Shown here: piece after piece, positions 56,292-64,000 of the stretch | Position numbering within the stretch: position 1 is the stretch's first letter | Layout: each line of letters begins with the position of its first letter | NCBI GenBank assembly: GCA_046483315.1 | Contig: JAWODJ010000080.1 | Coordinates: forward strand, 9,313-73,312 | Length of the DNA: 64,000 nt | Source of the DNA: Bacteroidales bacterium | GTDB taxonomy: Bacteria > Bacteroidota > Bacteroidia > Bacteroidales > PUMT01 | Reading direction: 5' to 3' | Program-made: the position numbers and the translations under genes | The notes under the pieces: generated by a model | What the model was told of the DNA's origin: nothing | Database searches by the model: none | Seen by the model: the letters and a program-made list of their open reading frames with translations, nothing else

Positions 56292-58372
56292 TGAAGCCGG
56301 TTTTTGTCATATCTGCTATATGGCTTTTGTTTTATACGCTGCCGGGTTTTTCACAGTTATATGATCATCATCAAATGACTGAAGAGTTGATTGAGGAACT
56401 TGTGCGATCTGACATTTCCGGTATTGACCCAGCCATTATTTATGATGACCTGTTTTATTATTTACATAATCCGCTTGATATTAATACTGCCGGGGCGGAG
56501 GAGTTGAGGGGCATTTACTTTTTAAACGAGCTGCAGATTGCTAATCTTATTGAATACAGGCATTCGCATGGCGACATTCTCACTGTCTATGAAATCCAAT
56601 ATATAGAAGGATTTTCACAGGAGGATGTAAAAAAGTTAATTCCTTTTATCACTGTAGGAGAGATAAAAACGGTTGCTGCAGTATCTCCTGCAGGAGTACT
56701 AAGGGATGGGAGACATCAGCTTTATTTACGTCTTCAACAGGTTCTGCAGGAGCAGAGGGGTTTTTCTCCGGTAAGCGACAGTGCCCTGTCAGCAAGTCCG
56801 GATTCCCGTTATTCAGGCAGCCCCCTTAAAATTTATAACCGTTACCAGTTCAGCTATCGCAACCAGGTACAGGCTGGTATTGTTGCAGAGAAGGATCCCG
56901 GAGAAGAATTTTTCAGGGGATCCAACCCTTACGGGTTTGATTATTATTCTGCACATCTTCAGATCAATGATATAGGTAAGATAAAAACTATTGCCGTTGG
57001 CGATTTTCAGGCTGGTTTCGGACAGGGTTTAATTTTGTGGTCCGGGCTCTCTTTTGGAAAGTCTGTGAACACACTCAATATAAAGAAGAGTGGAAGGGGT
57101 ATTCAGAAATATTCATCTACCGGGGAGAATATGTTTTTCCGGGGTGCAGGGTTAACATTCAGGCTGTCACAAAGCACTGAGGGAAGCTTTTTTGTGTCGA
57201 AAAAGAAAATCGATGCCGGCATTACTCTTGTTGATGAAGAGGGCGGGATTTCAGAAGTGTCTTTTTTGCGGGATACAGGAATTCATGCCACACCATCGCA
57301 GATAGAAGGTAAAAATGTACTGGGAGAAATGGTGCTGGGTGGAAATATAAACTATAACCACAGACTGTTCAGGATAGGGGCAACTGTTGCAGCCCTGGAG
57401 TATGATGCCGTGCTTAACCCGCCTGGGAGGATATATAACCAGTTTGATTTCAGGGGTAGCAGAAATATGAATGCCGGACTGGATTATCAGTTTTCACTGG
57501 GTTCTTTCAGGTTTTTTGGTGAAGGGGCAATAAGCAGCAGCAGAGGTACTGCAATGCTTGGAGGTGTCATGGCAAATCTTAGTTCAAGGATGAGCCTGTC
57601 TGCACTATACAGAAATTATGCGCGAGACTATCATGCTTATTTCAGTAACGGGTTCAGAGAAAATACACGGACCGAAAATGAAGAGGGTTATTACCTTGGC
57701 GCCCTGGTACACCCTTTCAGTCGCCTGAAGTTGTCAGCATACTTTGATCTTTTTTCATTTCCGTGGATGAGGTATAGTGCCTGGGCACCATCAGGAGGGT
57801 ATGAATATTTTATGCAGGTTGATTACAATCATTCCGGCAATTTGAATATGTATATGAGCTTCAAATACAAAGATAAACCTGTAAACGCTCCTTCCGGGGA
57901 GAGTGCAGTAAGGGATCTGTATGATGCGGCTACAACAAGACTGAGGTATCATGTAAACTATTCTGCTTCGACTTCAGTGGAACTGAGAAACAGGCTGGAG
58001 ATGACACAATACAGGAGAGAGGATATTTCTCCCGAAAGGGGATTTCTGATTTTTCAGGATGTTTTGTTCAGACCTGTAAAGTTCCCTCTGTCATTTGCTT
58101 TCCGATATGCTTTATTTGATACTGAAAGCTATAATGCACGTCTTTACGCTTATGAGAATGATGTTTTACACGCTTTTTCGATTCCGGCCTATTATGACAG
58201 TGGATATCGCAGTTATCTTCTGGTAAAGTATACGCTAAGGGAGGCAGTTGATATCTGGTTAAGATATGCAATCACAAAGTTACCAGGGAAGGAGCGCATT
58301 GGTTCAGGACTTAATGAGGTTATTGGAGATGTCAGGTCGGAGATTAAGGCACAGGTGAGGATGCGATTTTAG
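56291..58372 (+). CDS. ComEA-like helix-hairpin-helix domain fused to a predicted outer-membrane beta-barrel
   Basis: Signal peptide (AIWLLFYTLPGFSQ) and a HhH region (DINTAGAEELRGIYFLNELQIANLIEYRHSHGDILTVYEIQYIEGFSQEDVKKLIPFITV). About 550 aa of alternating aromatic-rich sequence follows, ending KAQVRMRF. The start overlaps the preceding stop by 1 nt. Confidence 0.65.
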   Translation: MKPVFVISAIWLLFYTLPGFSQLYDHHQMTEELIEELVRSDISGIDPAIIYDDLFYYLHNPLDINTAGAEELRGIYFLNELQIANLIEYRHSHGDILTVYEIQYIEGFSQEDVKKLIPFITVGEIKTVAAVSPAGVLRDGRHQLYLRLQQVLQEQRGFSPVSDSALSASPDSRYSGSPLKIYNRYQFSYRNQVQAGIVAEKDPGEEFFRGSNPYGFDYYSAHLQINDIGKIKTIAVGDFQAGFGQGLILWSGLSFGKSVNTLNIKKSGRGIQKYSSTGENMFFRGAGLTFRLSQSTEGSFFVSKKKIDAGITLVDEEGGISEVSFLRDTGIHATPSQIEGKNVLGEMVLGGNINYNHRLFRIGATVAALEYDAVLNPPGRIYNQFDFRGSRNMNAGLDYQFSLGSFRFFGEGAISSSRGTAMLGGVMANLSSRMSLSALYRNYARDYHAYFSNGFRENTRTENEEGYYLGALVHPFSRLKLSAYFDLFSFPWMRYSAWAPSGGYEYFMQVDYNHSGNLNMYMSFKYKDKPVNAPSGESAVRDLYDAATTRLRYHVNYSASTSVELRNRLEMTQYRREDISPERGFLIFQDVLFRPVKFPLSFAFRYALFDTESYNARLYAYENDVLHAFSIPAYYDSGYRSYLLVKYTLREAVDIWLRYAITKLPGKERIGSGLNEVIGDVRSEIKAQVRMRF

Positions 58373-58409
58373 ATATCCTAAAACTGATATTCAGGTGTGG
58401 GGAAAGTCG

Positions 58410-60134
58410 TCAGGAATCCTCCCTGGTTTTTATATCTTTTATATTCAGCTGCCATGTTGTGTTACCCCTGTACAGGTTCTCTTCTACTGTAAAACAGGCA
58501 TCGAAACGGATACCCAGACTGATAAGCTTATGATGATTGGCCTGCTGGAAAGCAATGGCCTGAAAAACATGATCCTGCGAATCTTCTGAAAAAACCTCCA
58601 TCTTCAGGTGTTCTTTTGTAGGGCCGACTATTTTCAGGGTACCGTTGGTCACAAGATTTGAGGCCATGAATACAGGTGACATGTTCTCGGGGCCGAAAGG
58701 CTGGAATTGTTTGAGCAACCTGCAAAATTTACTGTCAATATTTTTAACTGAAATTATTGCATCTGCCTCAATTTTGGGTGTCATTTGAGAAGGGGTGATA
58801 TTATGGCTGACAAGTTCTTCAAAACGCTTCTTGAACAGCGGTACATTTTCAAGTGTCATTGTCATACCGGCAGCATACATATGTCCTCCGAAATTTTCAA
58901 GCAGGTCACTGCAGGCTTCCACAACCTGGTAAATATCAAATCCGGAAACAGACCTGGCAGATCCTGTTGCAAGACCGTTTGATTCGGTCAGTATAACTGT
59001 TGGGCGGTAGTAAGTTTCTATAAGCCTTGAAGCAACAATTCCTATAACTCCCTTATGCCATTCAGGATTGAACAGAACGGTTGATTTTCTGTCGCCAAAA
59101 TATTTGTCTGCCGCTATCATTCTAATGGCTTCCTGGGTTATCTGCCGGTCAATATGTTTTCGGTCATTGTTGAAAATATTGATAATATCGCCTATCTCCC
59201 TTGCAATGTGGTCGTCATTTGCAATCAGTAATTCAACTGCCTTATTGCCTGATTTCATGCGGCCGGCCGCATTGATCCTCGGGCCAATTTTAAAGACTAT
59301 GTCATCAATTGTAATCTCTTTATTATCAATTCCCGCGATCTTAATGATCGACTTAAGTCCGAAACAGGGATCTTCATTCAACTGCTTTAAACCGAAATGC
59401 GCCAGTATACGGTTTTCTCCGGTAATGGGGACAATATCAGATGCTATGCTCACAACGACAAGGTCCAGAAATTTTAATAGTTGATCTGTTTGATAATCAC
59501 TGTTTCTGGTAAGGGCCTGCATCATTTTAAAACCCACCCCGCATCCTGAAAGTTCTTTGAAAGGGTAGTTGCATCCCGGTTGTTTGGGATCCAGAATGGC
59601 AACTGCATCGGGTATAGTATCGCCCGGCATATGATGATCACATATTATGAAGTCAATGTTCCTGGATTTTGCATATTCAATTTTTTCAACTGCTTTAATG
59701 CCGCAATCAAGGGCAATTATCAGGCTGATATTATTATCGGCAGCAAAATCCACTGATTTTTTACTTATACCATAACCCTCTGTATAACGGTCGGGTATAT
59801 AAGATGCAATATTTGAATATCGCTGTTTCAGGAAAGAATAGACAAGTGCAACAGATGTGGTTCCGTCAACATCGTAATCTCCGTAGATAAGTATGTTTTC
59901 ATTTTTTCTTATGGCAGTCAGAATTCTTTCCGTAGCCTTACCCATATCTTTCATGAGAAAGGGATCATGCAGGTCAGAAAGTTCAGGACGGAAAAAGATC
60001 CTTGCCTGTTCATATGTTTTTATATTTCTCTGGATAAGCAGGTTTGCGAGAACAGTGTCAATGCCAAGAACTGAAGCCAGTTCCAAAACATCTTTTCTTT
60101 CACCCTGTTTTTTTATGATCCATTCTTTTTCCAT
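58410..60134 (-). CDS. recJ: Single-stranded-DNA-specific exonuclease RecJ
   Basis: DHH-family motifs (IYGDYDVDGTTS, ALDCG, ICDHHMPG) and DHHA1 (GGHMYAAG); 574 aa. Confidence 0.92.
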   Translation of the reverse strand: MEKEWIIKKQGERKDVLELASVLGIDTVLANLLIQRNIKTYEQARIFFRPELSDLHDPFLMKDMGKATERILTAIRKNENILIYGDYDVDGTTSVALVYSFLKQRYSNIASYIPDRYTEGYGISKKSVDFAADNNISLIIALDCGIKAVEKIEYAKSRNIDFIICDHHMPGDTIPDAVAILDPKQPGCNYPFKELSGCGVGFKMMQALTRNSDYQTDQLLKFLDLVVVSIASDIVPITGENRILAHFGLKQLNEDPCFGLKSIIKIAGIDNKEITIDDIVFKIGPRINAAGRMKSGNKAVELLIANDDHIAREIGDIINIFNNDRKHIDRQITQEAIRMIAADKYFGDRKSTVLFNPEWHKGVIGIVASRLIETYYRPTVILTESNGLATGSARSVSGFDIYQVVEACSDLLENFGGHMYAAGMTMTLENVPLFKKRFEELVSHNITPSQMTPKIEADAIISVKNIDSKFCRLLKQFQPFGPENMSPVFMASNLVTNGTLKIVGPTKEHLKMEVFSEDSQDHVFQAIAFQQANHHKLISLGIRFDACFTVEENLYRGNTTWQLNIKDIKTREDS

Positions 60135-60150
60135 ACCTGTTGAGGATTCA

Positions 60151-60858
60151 TTAATCCCGGATAAGGTTCATCCGGAATACAGATGAAAGATTCACTTTAA
60201 GCCTACTTTTTACTTCATTAATATCCTGAATGCTACCCAGTTCCTTTTCCATTGATGTTACACCCTTGTCTTTTAAACCACACGGGTTAATGTAACTGAA
60301 GTAATTCAGGTCAGTATTTACATTGAAGGCAAAACCATGCATTGTAACATGACGGCTGGCGCGCACTCCTATGGCACATATTTTTCTTGCCCGGGCCGGA
60401 TCGGCCGGATCTATCCATACCCCTGAAGCCGACTCAATTCTTGATGCTTCAATATCATATTCATTAAGGGTCTTTATTATGGCCTCTTCAATACTATAAA
60501 TATATTGTCTGATACTCAGGCCGAAATTGTCAAGGTTAAGGATGGGGTATCCTACAATTTGACCGGGACCATGGTAAGTGATGTCGCCTCCCCGGTTGAT
60601 TTTGTAAAAAGTCGCATTGATTTTCTTAAGAAAACCGGCACTGATAAGAAGATTATTTTCAGCACCACTTTTCCCAAGTGTATATACATGGGGGTGTTCG
60701 CAAAGAAGCAGATAACCGCATACTTCATTTGCTTCAGCCTTGACGGTTGAAGCTTCTAATTTCCCTGTTAATATTTTATTAAATAGTGTCTCCTGGTACT
60801 CCCATGCTTTTTTGTAATCAATGGATCCGAGATCCTGGTAAGTTACTGTTTTTAACAT
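60151..60858 (-). CDS. lipB: Lipoyl(octanoyl) transferase
   Basis: RGGDITYHGPGQIVGYP motif and catalytic region KICAIGV. Confidence 0.9.
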   Translation of the reverse strand: MLKTVTYQDLGSIDYKKAWEYQETLFNKILTGKLEASTVKAEANEVCGYLLLCEHPHVYTLGKSGAENNLLISAGFLKKINATFYKINRGGDITYHGPGQIVGYPILNLDNFGLSIRQYIYSIEEAIIKTLNEYDIEASRIESASGVWIDPADPARARKICAIGVRASRHVTMHGFAFNVNTDLNYFSYINPCGLKDKGVTSMEKELGSIQDINEVKSRLKVNLSSVFRMNLIRD

Positions 60859-61741
60859 ATTTTATTTTATTCCTGTTTTGCTTTTTCAGGACATGCTTTT
60901 CTGCATGATATGAGGAACGGACAAGGGGACTGCTTTCCATAAACTTAAATCCTTTCTCAAGCCCTATTCTTCCGTATTCCTCAAATTGTTCCGGTCTTAT
61001 ATAGCTTACCACCGGCATATGTTCCCTGCTCGGGGCAAGGTACTGGCCTATGGTCATTATGCTGCATCCTGCATCCAGAAGATCATCCATTGTTTCCAGA
61101 ACCTCTTCCCGGGTTTCTCCCAATCCCAGCATGATCCCCGACTTTGATCGTATTCCTGAAGATGAAATGTACCTGATTATCTGCAGACTGATTTCATATC
61201 TTGCCCTGCTTCTGATTGACGGGGTTAATCGCCTTACTGTTTCAAGGTTATGTGAGATCACTTCGGGCCGTGCATCGATTATCTTCTGCAGGAGATTTTC
61301 ATCTCCATTGAAATCAGGAATCAATACCTCTATACTGGTGCCGGGGTTCATCTTTTTTATACTGTCTATGGTTTCTGTCCATATTCCTGCACCTCCGTCG
61401 GGAAGATCATCCCTGTCAACCGATGTTATCACGCAATGATCCAGACCAAGCATGTGCACAGATTCTGCAATCCTGAAAGGTTCTTCAGGATCAGCCGGTG
61501 CAGGTTTTCCGGTTTTAACCCCGCAAAATTTACAGTTACGTGTACAGGTATCTCCCAGTATCATGAATGTAGCAGTGCCATTGCTCCAGCATTCTCCTAT
61601 GTTGGGACAATTCCCGCTGGAACAGATGGTATGAAGATGGTGCTTCTGGCTTATATTTTTAACCTTTGAGTATTTATAACCCATGGGAAGCTTCATCTTA
61701 AGCCAATCCGGAAGTTGTCTTTTTTTTGTACCAATGCTCAT
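60818..61741 (-). CDS. lipA: Lipoyl synthase
   Basis: Radical-SAM motif CTRNCKFCGV, N-terminal auxiliary-cluster Cys motif (CSSGNCPNIGEC) and C-terminal RSSYHA. It overlaps the lipB start by 41 nt. Confidence 0.92.
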   Translation of the reverse strand: MSIGTKKRQLPDWLKMKLPMGYKYSKVKNISQKHHLHTICSSGNCPNIGECWSNGTATFMILGDTCTRNCKFCGVKTGKPAPADPEEPFRIAESVHMLGLDHCVITSVDRDDLPDGGAGIWTETIDSIKKMNPGTSIEVLIPDFNGDENLLQKIIDARPEVISHNLETVRRLTPSIRSRARYEISLQIIRYISSSGIRSKSGIMLGLGETREEVLETMDDLLDAGCSIMTIGQYLAPSREHMPVVSYIRPEQFEEYGRIGLEKGFKFMESSPLVRSSYHAEKHVLKKQNRNKIKYVKNSNLPGSRIH

Positions 61742-61933
61742 CTTGCCCTCTCAATATATCCTGATTTTTTACAGATCATAAAAATACATCATTTTCTTCT
61801 CAAATTTAACTTAAATAATTGAAATAAATGTATATGTTTTTCAAGGTTCCTTTGTTCAGCTATTTGCAAAACCAGGTTAGGATTTGTGATGTAATTAGGC
61901 CATTGAAATAACTAACAGAAAAAGATATTCTTA

Positions 61934-61941
61934 TATCTTTG
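61934..61941 (+). promoter_or_regulatory. Bacteroidota -7 promoter box (TAnnTTTG) for lysS
   Basis: TATCTTTG lies 16 nt upstream of the ATG at 61957. The tracked TTG start (61939) sits inside this box. Confidence 0.45.
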
Positions 61942-61956
61942 CAAAAATTTTCAGGT

Positions 61957-63681
61957 ATGAACAAAATGCATTTAAGTGAGCAGGAACTTATCAGAAGAGA
62001 AGCCCTTGATGAATTAATCAAGCTTGGTATAGATCCTTATCCCGCTGAAACATTTGATGTAAATGTCAGCTCCCGGGAGATACTGGAGAACTTCAGCAAG
62101 GATTCTGATCAATACCAGGATGTACAGATTGCGGGAAGAATAATGAGCAGGCGGATTATGGGAAATGCTTCATTTGCCGGTTTGCAGGATCAGGATGGGA
62201 GAATACAGATTTACCTTCGAAGGGACGATCTTTGTCCCCGGGAAGATAAAACTTTATATAACACGGTTTTTAAGAAGCTATTGGATATCGGCGATATTAT
62301 TGGTGTCAGGGGATTTGTATTTGTAACACAGGTCGGTGAGATATCAATCCATGTAAAGGAGTTGAAACTTCTTGCCAAATCACTGCATCCTCTCCCTGTT
62401 GTGAAAGAAAAGGAGGGTAAGACATACGATGCATTCAGTGACCCGGATCAGCGTTACAGGCAGAGATATCTGGATATGATAGTTAATCCCGGGGTTAGGG
62501 ATGTGTTCATCAAACGAACCCGGCTGGTTGATTCAATGCGCAGTTTCTTAAACGGCAAAGGATATATTGAAGTAGAAACGCCCGTATTGCAACCCATATA
62601 TGGTGGTGCCACGGCAAGACCATTCACCACATATCACAATACACTTGATATGACCCTTTATCTCAGAATTGCCAATGAGTTATATTTAAAGAGGCTGATA
62701 GTAGGAGGTTTTGAGGGTGTATATGAATTTTCAAAAGATTTCAGGAATGAAGGAATGAGCCGTTTCCACAATCCTGAATTCACCCAGATGGAGCTTTACG
62801 TTGCCTACAAGGACTATCAGTGGATGATGAATCTTGTCGAGGAGATGCTAGAAAAGGCTGCTGTTGATTTGGCGGGTTCCACGGTCCTTAAAGTAGGAGA
62901 ACATCAGATTGATTTCAAAAGGCCATGGAAACGTTATACTATGTATGAAGTCATCAGGGAGTTTACCGGCATCGATATTTCTTCAATGGATGAAGCCAGG
63001 TTAGCAGATACTGCCGGTAAGCTTGGTGTTGAAGTTGATAAAACAATGGCAAAGGGTAAAATTATCGATGAGATCTTTGGTGAGTTATGTGAGCCAAACC
63101 TTATCCAGCCCACCTTTATAACTGATTATCCTGTTGAGATGTCACCCCTTGCCAAGAAACACCGGGAAGAACCCGGCCTGGTTGAAAGGTTTGAGGCTAT
63201 AGTAAACGGAAAGGAACTTTGCAACTCATTTTCCGAGCTTAATGATCCGCTGGATCAGCGTGAACGTTTTGAACAGCAACTGATGCTTGCCCAAAGGGGA
63301 GATCAGGAAGCTATGGTTATGGATGAGGATTTTTTACGTGCACTTGAATATGGGATGCCGCCAACTGCCGGACTTGGAGTGGGTATTGACAGGCTTGCAA
63401 TGATTATGACCAATTCCGGTTCTATTCAGGATGTTATATTTTTCCCTCAGATGAGACCTGAGAAGAAGACCATTAAGCCTGATCCCGATAAACTTCAGGG
63501 GACCGGCATTCCCGGTGAGTGGGTCGGGATAATCATTGAACTGGGCTATCACAGCCCAGGAGATTTGGGTAAAGTTTCAGCCGGCAAGCTGCACAATGAG
63601 CTTTGCGGGTATAATAAAAAGAATAAACTCGGACTGAAAAATCCGACGATTGCCGATGTCGAAAAATGGATAGGCAGGTGA
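61957..63681 (+). CDS. lysS: Lysine--tRNA ligase (class II) with a Bacteroidota-type C-terminal extension
   Basis: An OB-fold N-domain and class II motifs ([29 protein letters not shown]), followed by a tail of about 70 aa. Confidence 0.92.
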   Translation: MNKMHLSEQELIRREALDELIKLGIDPYPAETFDVNVSSREILENFSKDSDQYQDVQIAGRIMSRRIMGNASFAGLQDQDGRIQIYLRRDDLCPREDKTLYNTVFKKLLDIGDIIGVRGFVFVTQVGEISIHVKELKLLAKSLHPLPVVKEKEGKTYDAFSDPDQRYRQRYLDMIVNPGVRDVFIKRTRLVDSMRSFLNGKGYIEVETPVLQPIYGGATARPFTTYHNTLDMTLYLRIANELYLKRLIVGGFEGVYEFSKDFRNEGMSRFHNPEFTQMELYVAYKDYQWMMNLVEEMLEKAAVDLAGSTVLKVGEHQIDFKRPWKRYTMYEVIREFTGIDISSMDEARLADTAGKLGVEVDKTMAKGKIIDEIFGELCEPNLIQPTFITDYPVEMSPLAKKHREEPGLVERFEAIVNGKELCNSFSELNDPLDQRERFEQQLMLAQRGDQEAMVMDEDFLRALEYGMPPTAGLGVGIDRLAMIMTNSGSIQDVIFFPQMRPEKKTIKPDPDKLQGTGIPGEWVGIIIELGYHSPGDLGKVSAGKLHNELCGYNKKNKLGLKNPTIADVEKWIGR

Positions 63682-63686
63682 AACGA

Positions 63687-64000
63687 ATGCAGGAGAAACA
63701 AAAAATTGCAGTGATTGGAAGCGGCAGCTGGGCAACGGCTATAGCCAAAATGCTTTTAATTAATACAAGCCATATAAACTGGTATGTCCGCAATCCGGAT
63801 ACAATCGATTACATTGAACATTTCCATCATAATCCGAAATACCTGAGTTCTGTATATTTTGATACCGGCCGGATAAAATTTCACAACGATCTTGGTAAAG
63901 CAATAGCGGAATCTGAAATATTGATTTTTGCAATACCTTCCGCTTTTCTTAAAGATACATTGTCAGAATCCGTTTTTGATCTGAATGACAAGCTGGTGGT
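63687..64000 (+). CDS. gpsA: NAD(P)H-dependent glycerol-3-phosphate dehydrogenase, 3' end beyond the window
   Basis: MQEKQKIAVIGSGSWATAIAKML Rossmann start followed by a NPKYL motif. The frame is open to the window end. Confidence 0.8.
   Translation, partial: MQEKQKIAVIGSGSWATAIAKMLLINTSHINWYVRNPDTIDYIEHFHHNPKYLSSVYFDTGRIKFHNDLGKAIAESEILIFAIPSAFLKDTLSESVFDLNDKLV

Noticed and set aside
60818-60858. 41-nt overlap between the lipA 3' end and the lipB start, as a possible frameshift or fusion
   Set aside because: Both reading frames have normal family termini (RSSYHA plus a short tail; MLKTVTYQDLG). An out-of-frame overlap in a lipA-lipB operon is plausibly simple translational coupling.
61939-61956. 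TTG start extending lysS by six codons (MQKFSG)
   Set aside because: The TTG lies inside a good TAnnTTTG -7 promoter box (TATCTTTG, 61934-61941), so it is probably not transcribed as coding sequence. The ATG at 61957 gives a normal N-terminus.

Overview
This 64-kb window looks like a chromosomal segment from a Bacteroidota genome. The evidence is a PorX-type regulator, a CarboxypepD_reg TonB-dependent receptor, a PorV/PorQ-like barrel, TAnnTTTG -7 promoter boxes and weak Shine-Dalgarno usage. Most of it is housekeeping: tsaE, waaA, nrdJ, kbl/tdh, gltX, glnS, folB, ubiE, obg-adk-hpt, purE, recJ, lipBA, lysS, gpsA, tRNA-Gln and tRNA-Cys. The one clearly accessory stretch lies at about 41.5-51.7 kb. 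There, an MG2/Plug-like lipoprotein gene and a collapsed paralogue remnant bracket an AT-rich HigB/HigA module. Next comes a KilA-N gene flanked by perfect 53-bp direct repeats. It is followed by a visibly GC-richer DMSO-reductase-family ABC cluster, whose Tat signal is preceded by a strictly phased 7 x 27-nt repeat array. Other points worth a second look are: an uncharacterised outer-membrane gene pair (PorV/PorQ-like barrel plus ComEA-like HhH/beta-barrel fusion); an AmmeMemoRadiSam pair without AMMECR1, wedged between gltX and glnS; a serpin lipoprotein; and at least six gene remnants that look collapsed by internal deletion. I found no rRNA, CRISPR array, integrase or transposase. All calls come from reading the translations and sequence by eye, with no database search.
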